From Lophium mytilinum (lineage: Eukaryota), in assembly GCA_010093605.1 (NCBI GenBank), contig MU004187.1, positions 248,001 to 312,000 of the forward strand: DNA of 64,000 bases, read 5' to 3'. Below the pieces are notes generated by a model. It was not told where the DNA came from, made no database searches, and saw only the letters and a program-made list of their open reading frames with translations. Shown here one piece after another: positions 47,058 to 59,085 of the stretch. The number at the start of each line of letters is the position of its first letter. Within the stretch, counting starts at the first letter, position 1. The translations under genes and the position numbers were made by a program.

Positions 47058-49259
47058 GATGACAAGGTCGTATAGTGTCTTGAAGACTTGAGGAAACTAG
47101 TGAAATCTCGATATGTCAAGGCTGGCGACAAAGAAGTGGTTGTAAAGTCAGTGTACCGCAAGGCTGAACTCATGTTTTGACATGCTGGCTTCCAGGACAC
47201 CTTGGTAAAAAAGGGCGGGAGGCTTAGACAAAGAAGATGAAGGCCTTGACGTAAACCTAGAATCATGGCCCTCTCGCGAAGGCGTGTCGATGCAGGCGCG
47301 AAGGGGCTCTACTGCATGTGGTTTTCCATGTCCAGCCTCTGTTCCCGTCTGGTGGTCCCGCCCTCCCGTATTAAGCGACAAGCTAACCAATTAAGGTGGC
47401 ATCACCGGGCACCGGTAGGTAGGAATAGCAACTCACTGGCCAATAGATCGTCGAACCGGTCAAGTATTAGACCAGAAAAGAAGTCTACTAGGATCGGCTT
47501 AATTTAGCGCTAGATTACCGGACGTGAAGAGAGGCTTAAAATATTGGATTGTGCGACGGGAACTCTAGTACAGCATATTCCCACGTCTGGTGAACTAGCG
47601 CTAAGCTAAGTCGATCCTGCTCTATCTCGTTTCCAGGCTGTTGCTTAAGCGGCTTGAGGGATGATTGGCCAGAACGTCGCTATTACCCCCTAAAGACGCC
47701 CGGAGTTGCTCCTTTGAACGGCAAGTCTGTGGCTTGATATTAGAGAGTGACCACCGACGTGGGAAGATGCTGTAGATCGAGCTCATTGGTTGAAAACAGG
47801 CTTTTCTGGGGATCGTCACACCGTAACCACTTGTGATGCTAACCACGAGATGCGGCTCGAGGCTGTCCCGAGGACTGCAAGGCTCTCATTCGTCTTGTGT
47901 TTACACAAATAGCCTTGCTGCATGAGCTGAAGGCCATGCAAGCTCGGGATTTGCGATTGTTGGCCGCTTTGATAAAGAGAGCGCCACTTGCCAGGTTCTT
48001 CATGCATGTTAGCCGTGCCTCAAAAAGAAACAGCCCTCAAACTGGTTGCCTTCTCACGTTTCCCTTCTTTGGGACCTTCAACAGAGCCTCAATATCGCAC
48101 CTATTTGCTCGTCAATCGGGCAATCATGCGTGGGCGCGGAGGTCCCGAGAGACTAGAATCGGTGACTGGCAGCCCCTCTGACGCTGGCAACGCTCAGGCG
48201 CTGCAGGCGACGAGGAGCGAGAGCGCGTCGTATCTCGCCTACCCCTCAGCTTGCGGGACCGAGCCGGTCCGTCCCGATCAGGTACCAGATGGCTGGAATT
48301 TGCCACATCCTCTGCGTAGCCATGGCGATAATTATCTCTCAGGGCATACAGCGTAGCGATTCTGCGGATCAGTCGGTATTCCACGCGGTCCACAAGGCCA
48401 ACATGGAAGTATAAGACTTTGGGCCGCAAAAACCATCGGTCTTATGAAGAAGAAGCAAGAAAGATAGCTCAAGAAGATCTACGAAAACCCCCCGGGGCAG
48501 AATGGCCGGATGAGATCGAGACTTTGAGTGCGAGCGACGGGACTAAGATCACGCCAGAGACGTTGTCCCTGCCGACGGTGACGATGCTGACGACGAGGGT
48601 ACCAGGAATATTGAACCGCTGTACTGGGTTCCATATGTTCACTATGGTGATTGATCTGCTCCTCGCTCAGGTCGAGATCACTTGAAGAGGCTGCAAAACG
48701 AAGGAGAGTAACACGAGAATAGGGGATTGGTAGTGTGTAGGCTGGTGTGGCATAATAGAGAGATGGAAGGTCGCTCTCCCATAGGCCTGCCAGGTAAATC
48801 TGCAACACGAAATCAAGTAGAGACTTCTGCGAATATATTGTCTTACTTTGCTCTCCCGCTCTGAGCCTTCGTGCCTCTACTTGAGAAGTGAGAGGGTTCA
48901 AAGCCTACACTCCTTAAGATTTCCACACTAGTTGTACCTGTGTGCAGCTCGTGTAATTACCAATTACCACCTGGCAAGTCCTCTCTCTGCTAAATATGTC
49001 GTTTAGCAATATTGAGGGACTTGCCGTTCGTTTTTGCGGTCCTCCAAATCGTCATTTATGGTACTGCTTGCTATTAGTACCGTCGAAGTGAACGCAGACC
49101 AGTATCCAGAGCCCAGTCCGCCAGGCATTCGAGGTCATCTTCTCGTAATCTTCGACATCAGCCCAATCCAGGGTGCTGTTGGTTTACTATCTCCCTTAAA
49201 GTCATTCTCCTCCGTTCGTGAGTATCAGATGCATTCTCATCGCCGATGCTTCAGACTTT

Positions 49260-50597
49260 CTATATTTTCGCCGCTACGTTGGCCAAGAATGCAGCATCGT
49301 CAACCCTCCCTTCTTTCTGGAGGGCCGTCGTAAGCTCCGCGAGCGCCTTTGGGGTTTCTTCCCCCAAAATTCGGCAAAACTTCCGCAGTGACGAGGAGAG
49401 AACCTTCTTGATTCCGGGATCCGTGATGTCCCCACTCCGTACGAGGGGCAGAGCCCACTGTATAGCGGACTTCAGCAGCGGCTGCTTTCTCTCTGGTAAT
49501 GCTCCTAGGGAGGTATTGAGGTGGTCAAGCGCCTGTCCAAGAGCGCTTGCAAATGCGGGGGATGTCTGCGACACGCCTATGAGAGGTGCTCGGAATTCGC
49601 ACATCGCAGCAGCGGCGCTATTCGGAGATGTCTGGCGGAGATGATCGAGCACATGTGACAGAATTTTCCGCAGGCAGGCGACCGTAGAAGCATCGAAATC
49701 GTTGAACATGGTAAAGAACTCCTCGGCAAAGCTTGTGTTATCCTTGAACTCGCTCATCGCAGCGTCAAAAACGGCAAGTGGGATAGCACCTGAAAGTGCA
49801 GGGGAGGAAGCCAGATTCTGCAGTGCGGTTTGATCCACAGCATCGGTAGTGGCAAGACTCGGATTGATATCTTCCGCCGTGAGAGACGGCAAAAGAATCA
49901 TATCCTCTGTATCGTCTTGATCCTGGGTTTTTGTGGTCGGATCGGCGTCAAGTCCTAGAATCTTCCTTCGGGTCGCAATTTTTGCGATATAGTTCATCTC
50001 CAGCTTGGCCCACTGTATCCACATAACCTTCGAGTGTTTACAGAACCGTAGTCCACGCTGCATATAACTCCTCGCATTCGTGTAATCTGCCTGAGTGTCT
50101 ACTGCATAGCGCGCCGCATATATCCATAGCTCCGGCTTTGTTGGGTGTAATCGCAGCAAACTCGCTAGTATATCGTTGAGTTTCTTGAAGGCCTTCTCTT
50201 TCCGCGCAAACTCGATATACTGCATCCAGAGGCCAATATCGGCGGGAAACTTTCGCGTTCCACGTTGTAGGACGAAGAAAATGCGCTTCTGGCCTGTGAA
50301 TCCGGGGACTTTGACACCTAGTCTCTTCACTCTGTGTTTCCGGAGCGCTTCGAGGTTCATCTCGTACTCAGCATAGCGGGCGTAGTCTGAGGCGTGTGAG
50401 CCGCGGGAGTTGATAGCGTGCTCGAAGCCAGAGCGCTTCTTTGCGAGTGAGGTGATTTCATCCTGGGAATTGTTAGAAATGCGGAACAAGTGGAGCTACG
50501 CACATACTCTTGTGAAGATTTTCTTGACCTCAAGCTCGCGCAGCTCAGGAACTGACTGTTCTAAGAAGAAGCGCGCCTTGTCTGCAGCGTTTGCCAT
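49260..50597 (-). CDS. UTP6: SSU processome subunit Utp6 (HAT repeats)
   Basis: ADKARFFLEQSVPEL..IFT-DEITSLAKKRSGFEH, DYARYAEYEMNL, LHPTKPELWIYAA and ARSYMQRGLRF. Confidence 0.95.
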
Positions 50598-50743
50598 GGT
50601 TGATGAGGTTGTGAAGGGGTGGTGGTTCCGTCTTGAACTTTTTAATGTGGGGAACGATCGCCAAGATTTCACCTCCGAAGATTTTTGGACCTCGAGCTTC
50701 AACACCACTTCGCGTCTACACAAACGGCAATACTAGGAGGACC

Positions 50744-52504
50744 ATGGCTCTAATTGGCACCAAAAGAAAAAGGGGGACCGAAGATCAGGAGCGGAACCTA
50801 AAAGTAAAGTCCAAATCGAAGTCGAAGCCCATCAGGAAGCCCACGACCGACGACGATAGCGAAGATGCCGAAGATACTGGCGCAGAGAAGATACTACTTC
50901 TCGAATCACAAATTCTCGAATCGCGCCGTCACTACAACAACATTGCTACATTGATAGCGCTGGCCGAAGGAAAGCAAGACGAGGGACCCTCCACACTGGC
51001 AGCTGTAGCCCTATGTCGAGTCTTCTGCCGAATGAAGTCTGCTGGGGACATGAGCATGAGCAAAAGCACACCGGAGGCAGAAGCAGTCATCGTAAAATGG
51101 CTGAAGGCCCGGTATCAGGACTATGTTGAAGTTCTCTTGGAACTATACCTGCAGAACGGAGAGGAAGCCGAGCAGTCAACCGCATTGACTCTGCTCATGC
51201 GCCTTGTGAAGCAGGACTTGCAAGATGAAGACGACAAGGCGGCCAAGAAGACACTCGAGAAGCTGGTCTCAAGGCTATTGCTGCTGCCGGAGGGAAGTTC
51301 TACGCGAGAAGAGTTCGGCGAGAAGTACCTTCAAGTATACGACGACATACGATTCTATACCTTCGAAGCTATCGCGTATGTACTCTCTCCTTTGTAACAT
51401 ACACATCCACTAACACCTCATACAGCTCTATCTTCTCCTCCCACCAAGACTCCTCCTCTCTCCCGCTCTTTACAACGAATACTCTCACGCTACTCTCCCC
51501 CCTCACAAATCCCCCCACCACCCCGTCCTCTATAACCTCCTTCCACGGCCCCCCGCCCCCCTCAAAATCCCACCTCCTATCCCACAACGCGCACAAAACC
51601 ACCGCCCAAACCACCTGGCTCGCCCTCCTCCGCACGCCCCTCACGCCCGCGCACCGCAAAACCCTCCTAACCCTCCTAACCCCCTCCATCCTCCCCTGGC
51701 TCACGCGGCCCGAACTCCTCATGGACTTCCTGACCGACAGCTACAACGCGGGTGGCTCGACCTCCCTCCTCGCGCTCTCCGGCCTCTTCTACCTCATGCG
51801 CACGAAGAACCTCGACTACCCCTCCTTCTACCCAAAGCTCTACTCCCTGCTCGACGCCGACCTCCTGCACTCGAAACACCGCAGCAAGTTCTTCCGCCTG
51901 CTCGACGTCTTCATGAGCTCCTCCCACCTGCCCGCCGCGCTTGTCGCTAGCTTTATCAAACGGCTTTCCCGATTATCGCTCCTCGCGCCCCCGGCTGCGA
52001 TCGTGGTGGTCGTGCCATGGGCGTACAACATGTTCAAGCGGCATCCGGCATGCACATTTATGCTGCACCGCGAGAACCACGCGGCGGGGTACGTCGACCC
52101 GTTCGATATGAGCGAGGCGGACCCGACGAAGACGCGCGCGATCGAGAGTTCGGTGTGGGAGCTCGAGACGCTGGCGGGGCACTACCATCCCAACGTGGCG
52201 ACGCTGGCGGGGGTGCTGGGGGAGCAGTTCACGAAGCGGGGGTATGAGGTTGAGGATTTCTTGGGCATGGGGTATAAGACTGTGAGTCATTCTTCACCTT
52301 GCCTTTCATTCAGTGTGAACAGTGTATGCATGAGAACTTGGGCTAATTCTGTGTTTGTAGATTATCGATGCAGAGCTAGCGAAGGATATCAAGAAAGCGC
52401 CTGTGATTGAGTACGAGATCCCGCGACACATTTTCACGAGCGAGGAGGAAGGGGAGTTGAGCACGTTAGGGACGTTGATGGGGAAGGTTTTTGAGTCGAG
52501 GTAG
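50744..52504 (+). CDS. NOC4: Nucleolar complex protein Noc4 (CBF/Mak21 domain)
   Basis: YDDIRFY, LMDFLTDSYN.GG..SLLALSGLF, NLDYPSFYPKLYSLLD, HLPAALVASFIKRLSRL and AIESSVWEL..HYHPNV; two introns. Confidence 0.95.
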
Positions 52505-53099
52505 ACTAGATGTTTTTTATTTGGGGTTTCTATGGGGTTTTCTAGAGATTGGGATATCATTCAGTCTGATGACAAAGAGAATGAAGGGGTGTGAAGCTTT
52601 GTGCTTCTGTTTGAGTGCACTAATGATTGCCCCGTGGGGTCTTTTTTCAGCCCATTGCCTGGTATTCAACGCTTGATGAAGATCCGTCCTACCCATTTTT
52701 CAAAGCCTAAGCAAGAGCACCAAATCCTAAGCACCATCCCAACCAAGAGAGGCGCATCTGGTGTTTACGCAACATAATGATGCTGCTGCTTCTATGGTTG
52801 ATGTCATGTAGCAACATGACCAAAGCAACATGATCGAAATCGCAATCGTAATCGCAAATTAAGTCGGACTCTCCATCGCAAAATAAGATTCCCCTCATCG
52901 AAATTAGTCTCCGCAGTGTTGTTCGATTCGTCCGTAGTGCAATTTGAGTCGCCGACAACACTATCAACTTTCGTCGCGCTGGCCTCTGTGTGCATGGTGA
53001 CCGATAGTGAACAGTCGAACCAGTTCCCGGCTGCACTCTTACATGCCGCCCCAATCTATTATGCCATCAGCATACAGTCAATAGCACATTGCCGAGGAT

Positions 53100-54191
53100 C
53101 TACGACTGAGGAATCTTGTTGATGTCCCCACCCCTCTCGATCCACTCGTCCTTGATGACCTTGTCACGCTCTTGGTAGATGAGTTTGTACGCCGTGCGAA
53201 TCGTGCCGTCGCTGACATCCACGGCGGCGCCAATGTCTCGAGGAGAGCGTGGCTCGCCCATGAGTCCGGCAACGAGGTAGATACAGGCGCCTGTGATGGA
53301 AAGCGGGGAGCGACCGGCGGCTACACCAAGCTCCGCCACACGGGCGGCAGCTTCTTGTGCGATGATTCCAATGAACCTGTCCAGATTGAGCTTGCTACAA
53401 GCACGCCCGATGAGCTCGTGGGCTTCGGTGCTCTTGGTGACCTTGAAAGCGCCAGGGTTCAGCACTGCTCCTCCTGAAGCTCCGTTGGTGGGATTCTGGC
53501 GGGTTACGGTGGAGAGGAACTCTTCTAGCTTCTTGAAGGTGCGGCCGATCTCCTTCTTGGCAACGTTGGTGAGCTTGAATATCTCCCGGAAAGATCGGGG
53601 GACGTTATTCTGGCGGCAGGCGATGAAAATGCAGCCGGCGATGATGGCGTCCTGCGACTTGCCCTTGAAGACCTTGGCATCATCCACCATCTTGAACAAG
53701 TGTTTGGCCGTATCAGCTACGATATGCGGCATGTTGGATGTCTCGGCGAAGGTTCCGATGGCCTTGTACGCAGCGAGGAGCGTCTTAGTGCCTTTGTCGT
53801 GGCTCGAGCGATTCTGCGCGCGGTGTAGGTCGCGGCTACGGACGTTGCCATCACCGTAGGAGATCTCAGTCTGCAGCTGGGAGCCGTTCAGAAGAGGGTT
53901 CGCCGCCTCTCCGACACGAGAGGGGTCATCGTTGCCCTGATCATCGTTGGAGAATGTCCGCCACTCTGAACGGGTGTCGATGATGCGGTCGGCCAGGACA
54001 CGGCCGCAGGAGCCACACACGGTGTCACCTGAGGAGAACTCCTCTACGAGGTTCGGGGGATTTTCGCGACAGTCTGGGCACATGAGAGTAACGTTGAGGT
54101 CCTCCTGCCATTCCTGGGGTCGATCAGGCTGGACACTCTCGGTATAGACCTCGCCAGGCGACAGGACGCGGCCATCTGGGGCGACAGACAT
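53100..54191 (-). CDS. SUA7: General transcription factor TFIIB
   Basis: Zinc ribbon CPDC..GDTVCGSCG, B-reader IDTRSEWRTFSND and cyclin repeats (IFIACRQ..PRSFREI; GRSPLSI). Start taken at MSVAPDG. Confidence 0.97.
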   Translation of the reverse strand: MSVAPDGRVLSPGEVYTESVQPDRPQEWQEDLNVTLMCPDCRENPPNLVEEFSSGDTVCGSCGRVLADRIIDTRSEWRTFSNDDQGNDDPSRVGEAANPLLNGSQLQTEISYGDGNVRSRDLHRAQNRSSHDKGTKTLLAAYKAIGTFAETSNMPHIVADTAKHLFKMVDDAKVFKGKSQDAIIAGCIFIACRQNNVPRSFREIFKLTNVAKKEIGRTFKKLEEFLSTVTRQNPTNGASGGAVLNPGAFKVTKSTEAHELIGRACSKLNLDRFIGIIAQEAAARVAELGVAAGRSPLSITGACIYLVAGLMGEPRSPRDIGAAVDVSDGTIRTAYKLIYQERDKVIKDEWIERGGDINKIPQS

Positions 54192-54885
54192 GCTGGCGGG
54201 GGTTTGCGACGGAGCCGCGAGAGAGGCTGCACAAGGATCCGGCGGTGTTGAAACCGCTGCGGAGTGTTTGCTGGTGGATTCCTTGGGTGTGATGAGAGTG
54301 TGGTGAGAGGGTGGAGGAGCGAGGCTGGCGGGTGTGAGAAGTAGCAAGCGGGCAGAAGAGTGGGCACGGTTAGCTGGCACGCGGGTTCCCTTTGTCGTCA
54401 GTGAGATCGGTTAGCGGTTCGGTGAATGAGCGACAGGCGACACTGCGCTGGGCAGGCGTCGAGTTGGAGAGAACCTCTGCACTGGGTTCGAGGTAGAGGC
54501 TGGAGAGTGAGTGAGTGTGCGGGTAAGGACTATGGTGGCGGATTGTCTGGGGGTGAGATGGAGTTGGAGACGGGCTGGGGTGCACAGTCAGCAGGCCGAA
54601 GCCCGACATGGCTACGGAGTACCATCCGCCCCACTGTGCCACGGACAGCACATATAGTCTGCCGTAATGGCGGAGGATGATGTGCTCGCTGCCGTGCAGG
54701 CCAAGTCGACTTTTTCCTTGCCGGTGTCCTTAAAGCCCCCAGAAAGCCCCCGCCGTGACTCTCAACTTTCTCCTTCACTTCCGCCCACCCTCGACCCCAT
54801 TGTCTGCACTCCTCACAACTTCTCTCCCTCACACCCCAAGAACTCATTCACTTTCCGCCCATCTCCCCCCATACCAACCGCCAAC

Positions 54886-56313
54886 ATGGTCTCCGCAAAC
54901 GGCGTCAACGGCAGTGTTAGCGATGTAAGTCTTTATGCCATTGTCCTCAACCCTCACACCCTGACGCTCGCTAGACCTTCCTGTTCACCTCGGAGTCGGT
55001 AGGAGAGGGCCACCCGGACAAGATCTGGTAAGTTTTCTCCTTCGCTTTTCAACCACTCTGTCGCTATATCCCCGCCTTCTTCCTTCACCGCCGATACTCC
55101 CGAGCATGTCCAAACACCCGAGGCCCTATCTAGCCCCTGTGCACTCCCCTGGCGGCCCAATTGCTCACATCATGCAGCGATCAAGTGTCTGACGCCATCC
55201 TCGATGCCTGCCTCAAGGAGGACCCCTTCTCCAAGGTGGCATGCGAGACTGCTGCCAAGACAGGCATGATCATGGTCTTCGGCGAAATCACCACCAAGGC
55301 CCACCTCGACTACCAGAAGATTATCCGCGGCGCCATCAAGGACATCGGCTACGACCACTCCGAGAAGGGCTTCGACTACAAGACTTGCAATGTGCTCGTC
55401 GCCATCGAGCAGCAGTCGCCCGATATCGCTCAGGGCCTGCACTACGACGAGCAGCTCGAGAAGCTCGGTGCTGGTGACCAGGGTATCATGTTCGGCTATG
55501 CCACCGACGAGACCCCGGAACTGCTACCATTGACTCTGCAACTCGCCCACAAGCTCAATCTCGCTATGAAGGAGGCCCGAAATGACGGCAGCCTGCCATG
55601 GCTGCGACCCGACACCAAGACTCAGGTCACCGTTGAGTACAAGCACGACGGAGGTGCCGTTATCCCTCTACGGGTTGACACCGTCGTTGTCAGCGCCCAG
55701 CACAGCGAGGACATCTCCACCGAGCAGCTACGGAAGGAAATCTTGGACAAGATTGTCAAGAAGGTCATCCCTGCTAAGTACCTAGACGACAAGACCGTCT
55801 ACCACGTAAGCATTTCTCAATTCTACGAAGCGTCCATTTTCCTAACGAGACTAGATTCAACCCTCCGGTCTGTTCATCATCGGCGGTCCCCAGGGTGACG
55901 CCGGTCTTACAGGCCGCAAGATCATCGTCGACACGTACGGTGGCTGGGGTGCTCACGGTGGTGGAGCTTTCTCCGGAAAGGACTACTCCAAGGTCGATCG
56001 ATCGGCAGCATACCTCGCCCGATGGATCGCCAAGTCCCTCGTCAATGCTGGGCTCGCCCGTCGCGCGCTCGTTCAGCTCTCTTACGCCATCGGTGTCTCA
56101 GAGCCCCTCTCCATCTTCGTCGAGACGTACGGCACTTCCGACCACTCCTCCAAGCAGCTCGTAGAAATTATCCTCAAGAACTTTGACCTTCGTCCGGGTG
56201 TCATTGTCCAGGAACTCAACCTCACCAACCCCATCTACCGCCGGACAGCCCAGAACGGGCACTTCTCGGACCAAACCTTCGAGTGGGAGAAGCCCAAGAC
56301 TCTCACTTTGTAA
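54886..56313 (+). CDS. SAM1: S-adenosylmethionine synthetase
   Basis: [38 protein letters not shown] and [34 protein letters not shown]; three introns. SAM1 versus SAM2 naming is arbitrary here. Confidence 0.98.
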
Positions 56314-57496
56314 ATCCCCCCACCTCGGGAGGATTTATAGAGGAGAAGTCTTTGGTTCCCCTTTTGCCGGCATCGAATCAACTTCGATGCCCGCTTCTTT
56401 AACGACATGAACGAGCCATCACACACCACAATGCATGTACAGCGGGGAACTAAAATCGTCTTTCAACAAGTTTCGGCGTCAGCGGGGATATACCCAAATC
56501 ACACATCTAAAAGTTTCCTGCATCAACGGATTGATGCAGCACGAGGCTTTTTTCTATTTAACATAGAGGGAGGGTAGGGATCGGATGTTACATCCGCCCG
56601 AGTTTTCCTTTTTCTTCTCTTCTTCTAATCCCCAAACTATTATCGGCACGGCTGCGGGCGCTTTTCAGCCGCCTGCACTGCTCTCTCCTAGAGCGTTGGC
56701 GTTTTCTATCAAAAGAGAGGATGAGTCTTGAGTTCAACCTTATATGGATGAAAGGATTTCTGTGAGGCCTTCCTCAATGTTGAAGGCTTATCCTGTCATG
56801 ACTTTCTGACCGGCATTGGAGCTGCTATAGCCTGGTTGCTAGGTTGCAATTAATACAATTGAGTATTACAACCTCATCATACAAGACGGCTGTTGTCGTG
56901 AACTGTCTATTTGAATTACAGAGAGCTACCCCCTTCCAGGAGCCTGCAACATGTGAATCATCCGCACCCAATGGTTTCAACACGAACCACTTTCCTCCGA
57001 ACTCCGCCAAAACCCAATCCAGCCCCGACCCAGGACCCACGCCTTCGGCATCCGAAGTCGGGAAAAATGCCTCTCGTCATCCGGACACGAAATTGTGCGA
57101 CGCTCTGCGAAAAAGCCCGTTCAGGGTCCGCCCCGGTTTCGGCCCGAACCGTCCATGCACGTGCTCATCGGATATTGGCCCGAGCACATGGAAATAATAG
57201 ATAAGCAGCTACGTAGTAGCACTTGGATAAGGTTCGATGATCTTGTTTATTTAGCAAACGAGGACAGTGACAACTAGACAAGGACCTTGATAGGATAAAT
57301 CACGAGATGGTAAGGGTGGAATCTGAGCTTTGATTGTTTTTGGTATTGGCTACTCGCTACTCCCGTTGAAGAGAGAACAGTGAGAACAGCTTCATTCATA
57401 GAGCAATTGAAATTGTCATCCCAGACGCCAACCCCATGCTACAGCCCCTCTCGACTTCCAGATCGCATCGACAGCACAGACACCATTTTGTATAGC

Positions 57497-58629
57497 TTAC
57501 TCGGCCTGGATTTCAGCAATCTTAGCCTTGACACGCTCCTCCCTCTCGGCCTTGGTGAGCTTCTTCTGCTTATACTTCAAGCTCTCCTTCTTCCACTCTT
57601 CCTTGGTCTTCTTGTTGCCCTCGTCCTCGTCCTTCTTGAACGGGTCCGCGCGGATCTGCTTGTGCGCCTCGGTGTACAGCTCCTCCAAGCCCTCGGCCTC
57701 AATGTCGTCGTCGATGTAGCCCTGGAACTGCGACTTGTAGCGCTCCTCGTCGTCGTCGGCGAGCGTTTCCATGTACTCGGCAACATGGCCGCCGAAAATG
57801 TACTTGCGCAGCGTCTCAGCGTCGAGCTCCTTGCTCTCGATGTCGAAGCCCGGGAAGCGGTTCTCGGAGTGGGGGATGTAGAGGCCGCCGTCAGACGCAC
57901 CCTTCATGGCGCCGAAGACGCGGGCACCGGTGGAAGTGCGCGCCAGACCAACGTCGAGGAAGACCTTGAAGGGGCGGCGGGATTCGCCGTCGTCGCCCTC
58001 CGCGGCCTCAGTCATGGTGAACTCGCCATCAGCCTCTTCAACGCCGAGGAAGTCCTCGTCCAGCTCGAGCTTCTTCAGAGTGCGGCGGGCGAGTAGCAGG
58101 CCGGTGCAGTAGGCAGCCGCCCAGTTGGTGTTGCCGTGGGAGACGCCGTAGCGCTTGAGCTCGTGGCCGTAGGCGGCGCTGAAGACCTTGTCGCCGTTGA
58201 CTTCCGACGTCACGATCTGCGCGATGATGTCGCGGTTGGTGAAGCGGACGACGAGGCGGTACTTGGGTGCGTTGTACTTGTTCTTCGCCTGGGTGATGAG
58301 GCGCTTGCGGGCGTAGTAGTCGGTCTTGCCAACGCGGCGGCGCTTGTACTTCACCTGGTAGCGGCTGCGGTGGTGTTAGTGGTTGCGCAGGGAGATGAAC
58401 AGAGGGAAGGGAAGCTTACGAGAAGTACGCATCGTTCTTGACCTTCTTGGCCTGTCATTGAAACCCCGAGTCAGCAATTGACGCTTCAAACCTTCGAAGC
58501 AACTTGCAGGGACTCCATTCTGTTCAATGGCCTTGGGAGTCGCCTCTAGAGAAGCGACTCCCGAGGAAATGCAGGGCCGTCTAGGCCCTGTCTAGAGGAG
58601 TATTAATCGGGGAGACTTACGAAAGGCAT
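57497..58629 (-). CDS. RPL5: 60S ribosomal protein uL18 (L5)
   Basis: [57 protein letters not shown]. Introns 58620-58452 and 58419-58365. Confidence 0.98.
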
Positions 58630-59085
58630 GGTGGCGGTAGACCTTTTTCAAGCGGATGTCGATGGTGGTGGAGGAGAAAATGTTGGAAGTTCGCGAGCTC
58701 GAGAAAATGGCCGTGGGCTTGGCATCTCGGCAGTTCAGCCAATAGGATCTAGCCACTCTGGACCATCAACTCACCCCACCATCTTCCATCTAGCACACTC
58801 CCGTGGACCGTTCCTTATGGTCTGTGCTATAAATTATGAGGGGAAATGATACAACTTTCTAACGGGATTGCCAATTCGGGGCTTCTCCGCATACATCAAA
58901 GTCCGACCACACTCTCCAGGCACAGCACAGCAACCAGCTCATTGCGAAGGTTCGTACTTACAGGCTTCAATGGCCATCGATGTGGCGTTAGGGGCACCCG
59001 ATATGCGCAAGAGGATCTCCAAACGAGCCTGCCAAGTCCCTTTCAGATATTACATCCACCATTACCGACCGAAAGACCATTGAAC

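Noticed and set aside
47988..48901. Short ORFs between the DUF6536-like gene and UTP6
   Set aside because: No recognisable domain or consistent splice model; they could be a decayed gene but this is unsupported.
33900..49200. Starship-type giant transposon as the origin of the accessory island
   Set aside because: No tyrosine-recombinase captain gene or recognisable boundary repeats were seen.
54192..54380. Upstream in-frame extension of TFIIB
   Set aside because: It starts at a non-ATG codon and reads like a pyrimidine-rich 5' UTR; nothing supports its translation.
56950..56985. AAACCAT on the minus strand resembling the snR30/U17 m2 motif
   Set aside because: The partner m1 motif (AUAUUCCUA) and the correct spacing to an ACA box are absent.
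57225..57245. GGTTCGA B-box-like sequence suggesting a tRNA
   Set aside because: No cloverleaf or A-box around it; no tRNA or rRNA gene was recognised anywhere in the window.
57380..58096. 238-aa ORF antisense to RPL5, and similar antisense ORFs over NOP4, SAM synthetase and SYF2
   Set aside because: These are expected by-products of strong codon bias in highly expressed GC-rich genes.
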